Assembly (NCBI GenBank): GCA_965203985.1
Contig: CBDBDS010000002.1
Coordinates: forward strand, 612,809 to 676,808
Length of the DNA: 64,000 nucleotides
Reading direction: 5' to 3'
Source of the DNA: Dehalococcoidia bacterium
GTDB lineage: Bacteria > Chloroflexota > Dehalococcoidia > Lucifugimonadales > UBA3495
Shown here in pieces: positions 33,993-43,891 of this stretch. Within the stretch, counting starts at the first letter, position 1, and the number at the start of each line of letters is the position of its first letter. Made by a program: the position numbers and the translations under genes. A model generated the notes under the pieces. That model made no database searches. It was given only the letters and a program-made list of their open reading frames with translations, and was not told the DNA's origin.

Positions 33993-35468
33993 ATGGCAAA
34001 CGACACACGGGACAACGTTATTTTTTGCCGGTTTTGCGGCCATCTCAACCGGGTAGGCGAAGCCGGCGCGATGGAGGCGGACCGCATCCGGTGCGCCGGC
34101 TGCGGGGCTTTTTCGGGACTGGAGACGGTCGCCGAAGATGAGGCGCGCCAACGCTCACGACGCGTCCGCCTGGGCTTTTTGCGCAGCCGACTGGTCCGCA
34201 TCGCCATGATCGTGCTGCCCCTGCTGGGCCTGGTCATCTGGGTGCTGTGGGGATACACCGGGCTGCCACCCGACCCGCCGGACCCATCCACGCGGATCGG
34301 CGATACCGGGACCGCTGTCGCGCCAGGCGATTGGCCCCAGGCTGGCCGAGGCGTGACCAACCTGGCCTCCGGCGACCCACTTGATCTTCCGCCGGGAACC
34401 GCACCCTCTCAACTGTGGGCCCATGTAGCGGGCGCTCCCATCGTGGCGCCTCCGGCGGTCCTGGGAGACCGGGTGTACGTCACCGACGAAGATGGCATTG
34501 TCACGGCGCTGGACCGTGCAACGGGCGCGGTGGCGTGGCGGTACGACTCCAGGCTCATTGCCGGAGTGACGCCAGCGGTGTCCGATGGGCTGGTGTTCGT
34601 CGTGTTTCGACCCGGCCTGGTGTCCGCCCTGAATGCTGACACCGGCGAAGTCGTTTGGTCGCGCCGGCTGCGGACGGCCTCGTTGCCCTCGCCCACCATC
34701 GCCGACGGCCGGCTCTATGTGGCGGAAAGCGACAAGAACCGCCTCCTCGCCCTGGACGCCGCTGATGGCAAAACCCTCTGGGAGTACCGGCTCAGGGATT
34801 GGGTGATCGCGCCGCCGGCCGTAATCGACGGCAAAGTGATCGCCACCGCCAACGACGCCAACGTGCACGTCATAGACGCCAAGACGGGAAAGCGGCGTAT
34901 GATCTACGATGCCGGGCGCTCCCGGTGGGTCCGCGGTGGGCCCATCGCCACAGATGACCTGCTGCACTTCAGTAGTTTCAACGGACGAGTCTGGGGCATC
35001 GACTACCAGGGACGCCGGTATCCGTTGGAGCGGCAGATCCTGTACTGGCGAACGTTACTGTTGGTGTGGGGTTTCACGCAACAGGTCCCGCAGCAACAGG
35101 GATCCGTGTGGTCGTCCTGGAGCGTGGAAGACCAACCCTATCAACCGGCGCTGTCAGGCACAACCCTGGTGGTCGCGGACGCGATCGGCCCGGTGACGGC
35201 GCTGGACTCCCGGGACGGCTCGGTGCTCTGGGAGATCGACTTGGAGGCGGACATCACGGCGCCGGCTACTACCGCGGGGCCAATCGCGTTGGTGGGTGAT
35301 GAACATGGTCGGGTGATTGGCCTGAATCTTGCCGACGGTTCGACCGCCTGGGAAGCGCAACTGGGCGGTCCCATAACGGCGTCGCCCATCGCGGTGGGAG
35401 GCTTGGTCCTCGTTCCCACGGAGGCGGACGGTGGGACGTTGGTAGCGCTGGCGCCAGGGCCCAAATGA
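33993..35468 (+). CDS. Zn-ribbon + TM anchor + PQQ-like (BamB-type) beta-propeller repeat protein
   Basis: 'FCRFCGHLN...RCAGCG' ribbon and a hydrophobic span 'IAMIVLPLLGLVIWVLWGY'. It has repeated 'G.v.W.......... P.v.dg.vyv...dg.l.ALd..tG' units. Confidence 0.75.
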   Translation: MANDTRDNVIFCRFCGHLNRVGEAGAMEADRIRCAGCGAFSGLETVAEDEARQRSRRVRLGFLRSRLVRIAMIVLPLLGLVIWVLWGYTGLPPDPPDPSTRIGDTGTAVAPGDWPQAGRGVTNLASGDPLDLPPGTAPSQLWAHVAGAPIVAPPAVLGDRVYVTDEDGIVTALDRATGAVAWRYDSRLIAGVTPAVSDGLVFVVFRPGLVSALNADTGEVVWSRRLRTASLPSPTIADGRLYVAESDKNRLLALDAADGKTLWEYRLRDWVIAPPAVIDGKVIATANDANVHVIDAKTGKRRMIYDAGRSRWVRGGPIATDDLLHFSSFNGRVWGIDYQGRRYPLERQILYWRTLLLVWGFTQQVPQQQGSVWSSWSVEDQPYQPALSGTTLVVADAIGPVTALDSRDGSVLWEIDLEADITAPATTAGPIALVGDEHGRVIGLNLADGSTAWEAQLGGPITASPIAVGGLVLVPTEADGGTLVALAPGPK

Positions 35469-35493
35469 CGATCCGGTAGGCAACGCTTTCGGA

Positions 35494-35519
35494 AGAGGCG
35501 CTCGTGAGTGAGCGCCTCT
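35494..35519 (+). terminator. Hairpin after the propeller gene
   Basis: 10-bp stem AGAGGCGCTC / GAGCGCCTCT with a 6-nt loop. Confidence 0.45.
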
Positions 35520-35810
35520 CCTCATGTTAACGGTCGCGACAATGCGATTCCCTGCGCCGTCCCCGTACCGAATTCCGTCTCGGTAATACAACGTATTGCG
35601 CAGACCGATACTATCACGCCAATAACATAACGATATTCGTCTTTACAGGGTGGTTTGCAGCGTATTAGGCTTGCCGGAATAAATCTTCGCACCGTGATTC
35701 GGTTCAGGCATCGCACGACATGAGCGCATATCTGCAAACGTCATGACCGTTGATGATCGGGTTGTTCACCTGGCCGGCTGCTCGGCGCAGCGCACACGGA
35801 GGTTCGCATC

Positions 35811-37730
35811 ATGAAACGACGCCGCAAAACGACCCCGACTACGCTGATCCTGGTCGCTATTTCGCTCACGCTGACGTTCGTCATCGCCTGCGGTGGAGCC
35901 GCAACCGCTCCCGCACCCGAATCGGACGCGTCCTCGGCCCCCTCCAGCGCGGCCGCAGGAGCGCAGACAGCGCCCACGGCCGCGCCTTCCGGCGGTTCAT
36001 CCCAGGCCGCCCAACCCACCGCTGCCGCCGCGCCGGCCCAGCCCGCAGCGTCTTCCGGCAGCTCAGCCGCTGTAGCCCAACCGACGCCCACGGTCCAGCC
36101 GGTGGAGGTCCAGGCGCCCGAAACCGACTGGGTCACTCGCGGCAAGCACGGGCGGACCATGAAGTGGGTGGCTCGCAACAACCCCGGCTTCTGGGACGTT
36201 CACTATGGCGCGAGCCTGACCACGACGCTCACGCCTTCCGGCGTCAGGTTCAACCAGCTGGTGGAGTACAACCCGGTGAACCCTGAAGAGATCATCGGGG
36301 ACCTGGCCGAAAGCTGGGACGTCAGCGAGGACGGCACGGTGTACACCTTCTACCTGGCCGAAGCGAACTGGTCTGACGGCCAGCCGGTGAAGGCCAGCGA
36401 CATCGTCTACAGCCTGGACCGCATCACCCTCCCCGACGCGTTCCGCGGCCGCACCAACAGCCTCCGCAACTTCTACGAGCACAAGACCGCAGAGGTGATT
36501 GACGAACGGACGGTGCGGATGCCCATCAAGTTCCCGGCCGCCACCTTCATGGTCAACCTCGCCTCCGACTACATGAAGATGTATCCGGAGCACGTTGCCG
36601 GCCCCCTGAGCCAGGAGGACGTCAACTGCTGTCCCGAGAACATGATCGGGTCCGGCCCCTTCATCTACAAGGACGGCAGTTGGCAGAAGCAGGAGTCCTA
36701 CGAATACGTCAGGAACGACGACTACTTCAAGGCTCCCCGCCCGTACTTTGACGGGTTCAAGGTCTTCCTGATCCAGGACGTGGCCCGTTCCATCGCCACC
36801 CTGAAGGTCGGTCAGGCCGACGGCACTTACTATCCGGTGCTCTCAACCTACACCGAATTCGTCGAACAGCTGGAGCATGACACCGACGGCCGCATGCGGG
36901 CGCTTTTCATGGAAAACGTGCAGCGCGCCGGCCTCAACTTCAACTGGCTGGTCGAACCTTATGACGACCCCAGGGTGCGCACCGCCCTCTGGATGGTCAT
37001 CGACCAGGAAGAGATCGTTGAGAAGATCCTGCGCGGCAACGGCACCGTGGGCACGCACTTCCACGTCGGGTTTGCCCCCAACGAGAGTGTCGAGGCGCTC
37101 TACGAGTTGCCCGGCTACCGCCGGGACGCTGACGGCACCAAGGCCCAGGCCGACCTGGATGAGGCCCGACGCTTGCTCGCCGAAGCCGGCTATCCCGACG
37201 GCTTCAGCGGAACCATCACCTCCATCCTGACGGGCTGCACCGCTACCTCCGCCCAGTTGGTCAGCGACATCTGGAAGCGCGAGCTCGGCCTGGACATGAC
37301 CATCGAGTCCAGCGACGTGGCGACCCTGTACGCCAAGTGGCGCAGCAACGACTATGGCGTGATCGTCGGCTGCGGCAGCGGCATCATCCTGCCGGACCCG
37401 TCCGACATCCTGAACCAGTGGTACGGCATCGACACCATGCGCAACTCCGGAAACTGGACCACCACCGAGTTTGAACGGCTCAAGGCCGAGCAGGCGAAGG
37501 AACTGGATCCGGAAAAGCGCAAGGAACTCTTTGCACAGATGGTTGAGCTCCTGCGGGCCGAGGTGCCTCACTACCTGCCCACCGGCTGGATGCACGCTGG
37601 AGGCACCCTGGACTACCGGATCCGCAACTACCACGTCCCCAGGACCATCCAGATGATCCACAAGCTGGACCACATGTGGTGGGACGAGGATGCGGAGAAG
37701 CCTCCCATCGGCACCGGCTACCAGCCGTAG
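35811..37730 (+). CDS. ABC transporter substrate-binding lipoprotein, family 5 (peptide/nickel type), module 1
   Basis: Signal peptide + lipobox 'TFVIAC', then a ~70-aa Ala/Pro/Ser tether, then a family-5 SBP body. About two-thirds identical by eye to the 39997 gene over long blocks ('PGFWDVHYG','NQLVEYNPV','IIGDLAE.W.VS.DGT','LASDYMKMYP'). Confidence 0.9.
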   Translation: MKRRRKTTPTTLILVAISLTLTFVIACGGAATAPAPESDASSAPSSAAAGAQTAPTAAPSGGSSQAAQPTAAAAPAQPAASSGSSAAVAQPTPTVQPVEVQAPETDWVTRGKHGRTMKWVARNNPGFWDVHYGASLTTTLTPSGVRFNQLVEYNPVNPEEIIGDLAESWDVSEDGTVYTFYLAEANWSDGQPVKASDIVYSLDRITLPDAFRGRTNSLRNFYEHKTAEVIDERTVRMPIKFPAATFMVNLASDYMKMYPEHVAGPLSQEDVNCCPENMIGSGPFIYKDGSWQKQESYEYVRNDDYFKAPRPYFDGFKVFLIQDVARSIATLKVGQADGTYYPVLSTYTEFVEQLEHDTDGRMRALFMENVQRAGLNFNWLVEPYDDPRVRTALWMVIDQEEIVEKILRGNGTVGTHFHVGFAPNESVEALYELPGYRRDADGTKAQADLDEARRLLAEAGYPDGFSGTITSILTGCTATSAQLVSDIWKRELGLDMTIESSDVATLYAKWRSNDYGVIVGCGSGIILPDPSDILNQWYGIDTMRNSGNWTTTEFERLKAEQAKELDPEKRKELFAQMVELLRAEVPHYLPTGWMHAGGTLDYRIRNYHVPRTIQMIHKLDHMWWDEDAEKPPIGTGYQP

Positions 37731-37794
37731 GAGAGACCAGGCTTCTGCTATTTACGGAGGAACTTGACGATCGCCAGGCCCGATCCCGGGAGGC

Positions 37795-38763
37795 ATGATG
37801 ACCACCTATATCGTGAGGAGGCTGCTCCTCTTCATACCCACCATCCTCATCGTGACCATCATCATCTTCCTGTTGATGTGGATTGTGCCTGGCGACACGG
37901 CCATGCTCATCCTCACCGGGAACGACCCGAATGAGGGTGGGCGGGTCAGCCTGGAGGACGTCGAACGGCTGCGCGCTAAGCTGGGCCTGGACCGACCGGT
38001 CCACATCCAGTATGCAGACTGGCTATGGGACATGCTCCGCGGCGACTTGGGAGAGTCTTTGTGGTACCAGACCCCGGTGATTGACGAGCTTGGCGGACGG
38101 TTCGTCACCACGGTCCAACTGGCCGTGATGGGCATGGGGATGGCTTTCATCATCGCTGTTCCCCTGGGCATCATTTCGGCAGTCAAGCAGGACACCAAGC
38201 TGGACTACGTCAGTCGGCTGATAGCCCTGCTGGGCATCGCCATGCCCACCTTCCTGATCGCGATCGTCGTAACCTACGTCCTGGCCTACGTATTCGACTG
38301 GTTACCGCCGTTGGACTACGCCAACCTGTGGGAGCAGCCGTTGACCAACCTGCAGCAGATGGTGTTCCCTGCGTTGGCCATCGCATTCCATGATCTTGCG
38401 TTCACCGCTCGGGTCACCCGCTCGTCCATGCTTGAAACGATGCGAGACGACTACGTTCGCACGGCTCGCGCCAAAGGGCTGACGGAGATGGGCGTAATCG
38501 GTCGGCACGCCCTGAAAAACGCCCTGTTGCCGATCATCACGGTCTCGGGCTACCAGTTCGGCAGGTTGCTGGGCGGCGTCGTGATCGTCGAGGTGATCTT
38601 CCTGGTTCCCGGTATAGGGAACATGCTGATCGACGCAATCCTGCATCGTGACTTCGTCGTGATCCAGGCGGTGGTGGTGCTGGTGGCCGCGGTGGTCATG
38701 TTCCTGAACCTGGTCATCGACCTTATCTACGGGATACTCGACCCACGGATCCGCTACCAGTAG
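37795..38763 (+). CDS. ABC transporter permease (DppB/OppB-like), module 1
   Basis: 'YIVRRLLLFIPTILIVTIIIF' opening and an EAA-loop region 'YVRTARAKGL'. 322 aa. Confidence 0.9.
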   Translation: MMTTYIVRRLLLFIPTILIVTIIIFLLMWIVPGDTAMLILTGNDPNEGGRVSLEDVERLRAKLGLDRPVHIQYADWLWDMLRGDLGESLWYQTPVIDELGGRFVTTVQLAVMGMGMAFIIAVPLGIISAVKQDTKLDYVSRLIALLGIAMPTFLIAIVVTYVLAYVFDWLPPLDYANLWEQPLTNLQQMVFPALAIAFHDLAFTARVTRSSMLETMRDDYVRTARAKGLTEMGVIGRHALKNALLPIITVSGYQFGRLLGGVVIVEVIFLVPGIGNMLIDAILHRDFVVIQAVVVLVAAVVMFLNLVIDLIYGILDPRIRYQ

Positions 38764-38790
38764 CGCACCGAATCTCAATGGAGCAGATCA

Positions 38791-39702
38791 ATGGCTACTA
38801 GCGACCTCGCCGCAGAACGCGGCTCTCCAGTTCGCAATGCGCTCCTGGCAATTCCCGCCGCGTACCACTCGACGGTGGAGATCGCTCGCCGGAAACCACT
38901 CGGTGCGGTCGGCGGCGTCACTGCCCTCATCCTGATTATTGTCGCCATTGCATCCCGGTTGGCCATCCTGCCGGTCCCGGACCCCTACGCCTCTGTGGGC
39001 GACATTTTCCTCGCGCCCAGCCGCGAATTCCCCATGGGGACGGACGTCATCGGCAGGGACATCCTCGCCCGTGTCCTGCACGGCACCTGGATATCCTTGT
39101 ACGTCGGTCTGGGCAGCGTCCTGATCGGCATAACCGCCGGCTTCGTGCTGGGCATCACCAGCACCTACGCGGGCGGCTTCGTTGACCTGGCGTTCCAGCG
39201 GGTGGTGGACGCCCTGATGTCGATCCCCGGCCTGATCCTGGCCTTGGCCATCATGGCCGTGCTGGGTTCCTCCTTGAACAACGTCATCCTGGCCATCGTC
39301 ATCGGTATGCTGGCCCCGGTGATCCGCACCGTGCGTTCCCAGGTGCTCACGCTCAAGGAAATGGACTACGTGACCGCCGCCAGAGCCATCGGTGCGCGCC
39401 CCCAGCGCATCGTATTCCGTCACATCATGCCCAACTGCCTGGCCATCTATATCATCATGGCGACCTACTACCTGGGGTTCGCCATCATCATCGAGGCCTC
39501 GCTGAGCTTCCTGGGCGTGGGCGCGCCGCCCGACGAGCCCAGCTGGGGCGGCATCCTTACGGTCGCCAGCCGGGAAACCCCGGAGACGGGCATCTGGCTG
39601 CTGGTCTTCCCCGGCATCTTCATATTCATCGCCGTGCTGGCCTTCAACGTGCTGGGCGACGCCCTGCGGGATGTGCTGGACCCGAGGCTTCGCGGCCGCT
39701 AG
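38791..39702 (+). CDS. ABC transporter permease (DppC/OppC-like), module 1
   Basis: 'GTDVIGRDILARVLHG', 'DYVTAARAIGA' and the C-terminal 'LGDALRDVLDPRLRG'. 303 aa. Confidence 0.9.
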   Translation: MATSDLAAERGSPVRNALLAIPAAYHSTVEIARRKPLGAVGGVTALILIIVAIASRLAILPVPDPYASVGDIFLAPSREFPMGTDVIGRDILARVLHGTWISLYVGLGSVLIGITAGFVLGITSTYAGGFVDLAFQRVVDALMSIPGLILALAIMAVLGSSLNNVILAIVIGMLAPVIRTVRSQVLTLKEMDYVTAARAIGARPQRIVFRHIMPNCLAIYIIMATYYLGFAIIIEASLSFLGVGAPPDEPSWGGILTVASRETPETGIWLLVFPGIFIFIAVLAFNVLGDALRDVLDPRLRGR

Positions 39703-39744
39703 CCGCCCACTGGAAACAGCCCGGAATCGTCCCAGCTGGGAGTG

Positions 39745-39783
39745 AGCCGCCCCGACGCATCGCTTGCGTCGGGGCGGCTTTTT
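39745..39783 (+). terminator. Strong rho-independent terminator ending ABC module 1
   Basis: 15-bp perfect stem AGCCGCCCCGACGCA / TGCGTCGGGGCGGCT with a 5-nt loop, then TTTTT. It lies inside the spurious N-terminal extension of the tracked ORF 39742. Confidence 0.85.
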
Positions 39784-39867
39784 GATCCCTCATCGGTACG
39801 ATGTTGTGATCTTTCAAGGAGCCCTCATAACCGATGTTTATCCCGCCACGGTATCGACAATTACCAT

Positions 39868-39896
39868 TTGACAAGCGGCAACCTTGTGAGTAGCAT
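39868..39896 (+). promoter_or_regulatory. Candidate sigma70-type promoter for ABC module 2
   Basis: TTGACA (39868-39873), 17 nt spacer, TAGCAT (39891-39896). About 100 nt upstream of the ATG at 39997. Confidence 0.4.
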
Positions 39897-39996
39897 CCCC
39901 CAACACTGGCCGGCCCAGTCTAGCCAGCGATACCAGGCGGCTGACGCTTGTCCGTTTGCCCGCTTTCCAATTGAATTGCATCGGGAGGGTTCGCCA

Positions 39997-41847
39997 ATGA
40001 AGTTCCGACGAATCGGGAGACCCCAATGGTTGTTGCTCGTGAGCTGCGCAGCCCTGTTGGTAGTCGGGCTGGCCTGCGGTGGAACCACCGCGCCCGAGCC
40101 CAGCACCGCCCCCAGCCAGCCGGCACAGTCTCAACCGGCGGCCTCTGATAGTTCGGCCCCGGCTGCCCCAACCCCGACGTTCACCCCCATGCCAACACGG
40201 GTTCTTGATGCAACGCCAACCGCTATCCCGGTCCCGACACCGGTAGCCATCGACGAACGCCCGGACTGGTGGCAAGAAGGCGAAGGCAAGCATTACCGTG
40301 GCACGTTCCCTATGGTCGGCAACAGCAACCCGGGGTTCTGGGACGTCCACTACGGTGGTTCTCTCAACACCACCCTGATGCCCTCCAGCCCGCGCTTCAA
40401 CCAACTGGTCGAGTACAACCCGGTCAAGCCCAGCGAAATCATCGGTGACCTGGCCGAAACTTGGGAAGTCAGCGACGACGGCACCGAGTTCGTCTTCCAC
40501 CTGAAGGACGCCACTTGGTCGGACGGCATGCCGGTGACCGCGGAGGACGTGGTGTTCAGCCTTGACCGCATCACCCTGCCGGGAGCCCAGCGGGCGCGCA
40601 CCGGATTCCTGCGGGCATTCTACGAGCACCAGACCGCCGAGGTGATCGACGGCAAGACAGTGCGCGTGCCCCTGAAGTACCAGGCTCCCACCTTCATGCC
40701 AAACCTGGCGTCGGACTACATGAAGATGTACCCCAAGCACATCGCCGAAGATCTGACCCAGGAGCAGGCCAACCAGCCCGAAAACCTGATCGGCTCCGGC
40801 CCGTGGCTGCTGGAAGGTTGGCAGAAGGACGTGAGCTACACGTTCGCGCGGAACGAGACGTACTTCAAAGAGGGGCGCCCCTTCTTCGATGGCATCATCG
40901 TCCACCTGATCCCTGATACGGCCCGCCGCATTGCGGCCCTTCAGGCCGGTCAGGTGCTGGGAACCTTCAACCCCTTCACCGGCGTCAACCGCCCCGAAGC
41001 CATGGCGGTACTGGAAGAGGAGACCGACGGCCAGGTGCGAGCCCTGATCCTTCCCAGCGCCGGTTTCGAGGCATACTTCCTCAATAACGCCAAACCCCCG
41101 TTCGACGATGAAAGGGTCCGCCGGGCCTTCTACCTGGGTCTGGATCGAGACCTGGGCATCGAGCGCGCGGTCAGGGGCTTCGGTCAGCCCGGGACATTCT
41201 TCTCCCCGGGAGTGGTCGAGGACCTGGCCGACCTGCGCGCCAACAACCCCGCTTTTGCGGAAGATCGCTCCGCGGCGATTGCGGAGGCCAAGCAGTTGCT
41301 GACTGAGGCCGGTTACCCCGAAGGCATTTCGGTGAAGATGAACACCCGAAACGCCATTCCAACATTGCCGGCAGCGGAAGTCGCGGGTGAGCAACTGCGT
41401 CGGGACGTTGGCATCGACATCGAGATCGTACCCAACGACCTGGCTACCACCTACGCCGTGATGCGTGACGGAACCCACGAAATCTCCACCGTCGGCACCG
41501 GCATCATCCTGACCGACCCCGCGGACATCCTCAACCAGTTCTACCTGCAGGACGTGCTCCGCAACCCTCAGAACTGGCAGAACGACCGCGTTGACGAACT
41601 GATCGACCTCCAGAACCGGGCCATCGACCAGCGCGAGCGTCAGGGTCACCTGGAGGAAATTGCCGACATCCTGCACACCGGAAGCAGCCACCTGGTGGTG
41701 TATTTCTGGGGAGGAGCCGGCGGTGCGCTGGATTACCGCATCCGGAACTTCCACCTGCCGCCCACCGTCCAGCAGATCCACAAGTGGGACCACGTCTGGT
41801 TCGATCCGGACCGTGAACAGCCCGCCGAAACCGGCTATCAGCCGTAA
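39997..41847 (+). CDS. ABC transporter substrate-binding lipoprotein, family 5, module 2
   Basis: Trimmed to 'MKFRRIGRPQWLLLVSCAALLVVGLACGG' (GGGAGGG RBS, lipobox 'GLAC'). It has an Ala/Pro/Ser/Thr tether and is paralogous to 35811..37730. Confidence 0.9.
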   Translation: MKFRRIGRPQWLLLVSCAALLVVGLACGGTTAPEPSTAPSQPAQSQPAASDSSAPAAPTPTFTPMPTRVLDATPTAIPVPTPVAIDERPDWWQEGEGKHYRGTFPMVGNSNPGFWDVHYGGSLNTTLMPSSPRFNQLVEYNPVKPSEIIGDLAETWEVSDDGTEFVFHLKDATWSDGMPVTAEDVVFSLDRITLPGAQRARTGFLRAFYEHQTAEVIDGKTVRVPLKYQAPTFMPNLASDYMKMYPKHIAEDLTQEQANQPENLIGSGPWLLEGWQKDVSYTFARNETYFKEGRPFFDGIIVHLIPDTARRIAALQAGQVLGTFNPFTGVNRPEAMAVLEEETDGQVRALILPSAGFEAYFLNNAKPPFDDERVRRAFYLGLDRDLGIERAVRGFGQPGTFFSPGVVEDLADLRANNPAFAEDRSAAIAEAKQLLTEAGYPEGISVKMNTRNAIPTLPAAEVAGEQLRRDVGIDIEIVPNDLATTYAVMRDGTHEISTVGTGIILTDPADILNQFYLQDVLRNPQNWQNDRVDELIDLQNRAIDQRERQGHLEEIADILHTGSSHLVVYFWGGAGGALDYRIRNFHLPPTVQQIHKWDHVWFDPDREQPAETGYQP

Positions 41848-41859
41848 TCTTCGATGAGA

Positions 41860-41887
41860 GATGCGCCCCGAGTACAAGGGGCGCATC
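41860..41887 (+). other. Intra-operon hairpin after the binding-protein gene
   Basis: 10-bp perfect stem GATGCGCCCC / GGGGCGCATC with an 8-nt loop and no T-run. The position (between the SBP and permease genes) is typical of partial attenuators or mRNA-stability elements. Confidence 0.45.
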
Positions 41888-41932
41888 GTCCAATACCTGT
41901 GCGCTCGGTGCCTCACAGACTGAAGGTGGAAG

Positions 41933-42895
41933 GTGTACGCATACATCGCCCGTAGGGGCTTGCTGTTCATACCCACTATCCTGCTCGCCACCATCCTGGT
42001 GTTTGGCCTCTTCTGGATCGTACCGGGCGACGCCGCCATGATGATCCTGACGGGTGAAGAGGGCGACGGCGGCAAGGTCACCGAAGAGGACATCAAACGC
42101 GTTCAGCGGGAACTGGGCCTCGACCGCCCCGTTTACATCCAGTACGGCGACTGGCTTTGGAAAATTCTCCAGGGCGACTTCGGCGATTCGGTATGGTATG
42201 GGACCCCGGTCCTGGATGACCTGAAGGATCGCTTCTTCATCACCCTTGAACTGGCGGTGCTGGCAATAGTGCTGGCCTTCATCGCCGCCGTGCCTTTAGG
42301 AGTGCTGTCCGCGGTCAAGCAGGATTCATTCCTGGACCACATCAGCCGGCTCCTGGCGCTGGTGGGCATAGCTCTGCCCACCTTCTGGCTGGGCATCCTG
42401 GTGATCTATGGCCTGACCTATTTCGCCGGCTGGTTGCCACCGTTGGGTTACGCCACCCTGTGGGGCGACCCCTTTACCAACCTGCAACAGCTGATTTTCC
42501 CCGCCCTCGTGCTGGCTTTCCACGATATGGCCTTCACGGCACGGGTGGCGCGGTCGGCCATGCTGGAGGTGATGCGGGAAGACTACATGAGAACCGCCCG
42601 GTCCAAGGGTCTCAACGAATGGATGGTAGTGGGCCGACACGCATTGAAAAACGCCTTGCTGCCCGTTATCACCGTCTCAGGCTACCAATTCGGCCGGCTA
42701 TTGGGCGGCACCATCATCATCGAATCCATCTTCGTCATACCCGGTGTGGGCCGGTACCTCATCGACGCCATTATCCACCGCGACTTCGTCGTGGTTCAGG
42801 GCGTTGTCCTGCTGGCCGCCGCCGTCGTGCTGTTTTTGAACCTGATCATCGACATCCTGTACGGAATATTGGACCCCAGGATCAGGTACTCGTAG
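41933..42895 (+). CDS. ABC transporter permease (DppB-like), module 2
   Basis: GTG start. 'YIARRGLLFIPTILLATILVF' and 'YMRTARSKGL'. Colinear with 37795..38763. Confidence 0.9.
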   Translation: MYAYIARRGLLFIPTILLATILVFGLFWIVPGDAAMMILTGEEGDGGKVTEEDIKRVQRELGLDRPVYIQYGDWLWKILQGDFGDSVWYGTPVLDDLKDRFFITLELAVLAIVLAFIAAVPLGVLSAVKQDSFLDHISRLLALVGIALPTFWLGILVIYGLTYFAGWLPPLGYATLWGDPFTNLQQLIFPALVLAFHDMAFTARVARSAMLEVMREDYMRTARSKGLNEWMVVGRHALKNALLPVITVSGYQFGRLLGGTIIIESIFVIPGVGRYLIDAIIHRDFVVVQGVVLLAAAVVLFLNLIIDILYGILDPRIRYS

Positions 42896-42947
42896 GTTGC
42901 GGGCGCACTGGGATATCCTGTGCTCAATGGCCGTTGTTCCGTGAGGA

Positions 42948-43889
42948 GTGTTCGGACTCATGGCGAATCAAACCAATCAGCGCGCCGAGGTAGCCGCCCC
43001 ACAGCGAGCGGGGATGTTGCCGCCGGCCGCAGCGGTGGTCCGGGAGGTTAACCGCTTCACGCGCCGCAAGCCCCTGGGGGCCATCGGCGGCCTCCTGGTG
43101 CTGGTGCTCGTGATCGTTGCGCTTATGGCGCCGGTTCTTGCCCCCTACGGCGCTCGAGAACTGCCCGACAGTCGCGAGGGCGGTTCAACCGTGTACATCC
43201 CGCCTAATTCGCAATTCCTTCTGGGAACCGACCACGTGGGTCGCGACGTTCTCAGCCGATTGATCTACGGCGCACGGATCAGCCTGTACGTCGGTCTCGG
43301 CAGCGTGCTGATAGGCATCACGGCCAGCTTCATCATCGGCGTCGCCCTGGCCTACGCCGGGGGCATCATCGACATGTCGGCGCAAAGGGTCGTGGACGCG
43401 CTGATGGCGTTGCCCGGCCTCATCATCGCGCTGGCAATCGTGGCAGTGCTGGGCTCGTCTTTGAACAACGTGATCCTTGCCATCGTCATCGGCATGATCG
43501 CACCGGTGATCCGCACCGTAAGATCACAGGTCCTGTCAATCAAGGAACTGGACTACGTGACGGCGGCGCAGGCCATCGGGGCACCGCCGTGGCGCATCGT
43601 GTTCCGTCACATCGTGCCCAACTGCTTCGCCATCTACCTGGTGCTGGCCACCTACTACCTGGGCTTTGCCATCATCATCGAGGCGTCCCTGTCCTTCCTG
43701 GGCGTGGGCGCCCCGCCCGACCAGCCCAGCTGGGGAGGGATGCTCACCCGAGCCGCGCAGGAACACGTGTTGACCGCTCCCTGGGTCGGCGTTTTCCCGG
43801 GCGTGGCAATCTTCGTGGTGGTCATGGGTTTCAACATCCTGGGCGATGCCCTGCGCGACGTCCTTGACCCTCGCCTGCGCGGAAGGTAG
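42948..43889 (+). CDS. ABC transporter permease (DppC-like), module 2
   Basis: 'GTDHVGRDVLSRLIYG', 'DYVTAAQAIGA' and the C-terminal 'LGDALRDVLDPRLRG'. Colinear with 38791..39702. Confidence 0.9.
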   Translation: MFGLMANQTNQRAEVAAPQRAGMLPPAAAVVREVNRFTRRKPLGAIGGLLVLVLVIVALMAPVLAPYGARELPDSREGGSTVYIPPNSQFLLGTDHVGRDVLSRLIYGARISLYVGLGSVLIGITASFIIGVALAYAGGIIDMSAQRVVDALMALPGLIIALAIVAVLGSSLNNVILAIVIGMIAPVIRTVRSQVLSIKELDYVTAAQAIGAPPWRIVFRHIVPNCFAIYLVLATYYLGFAIIIEASLSFLGVGAPPDQPSWGGMLTRAAQEHVLTAPWVGVFPGVAIFVVVMGFNILGDALRDVLDPRLRGR

Positions 43890-43891
43890 CG

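Noticed and set aside
32205-34151. Very long antisense ORFs (for example 32205-34151, 39838-42096, 47813-49438, 1463-2875, 21675-22889, 24520-25776, 43831-44697, all opposite to recognisable genes)
   Set aside because: These are typical GC-rich shadow ORFs. Their products are Arg/Gly/Pro/His-rich with no domain signatures, while the opposite strand encodes clear family members (hydantoinase, SBP, CopA, HNH-HAD, BNR, DinB-like, DUF3179).
39742-39996. Long N-terminal extensions offered by the ORF track (39742 for the second SBP, and likewise 19013, 18139, 57133, 54925, 31593, 22752, 21708, 50481)
   Set aside because: The extensions overlap terminators, repeats or upstream genes and lack family similarity. 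Internal ATGs with good RBSs give N-termini that match the families (signal peptide, Rossmann motif and so on).
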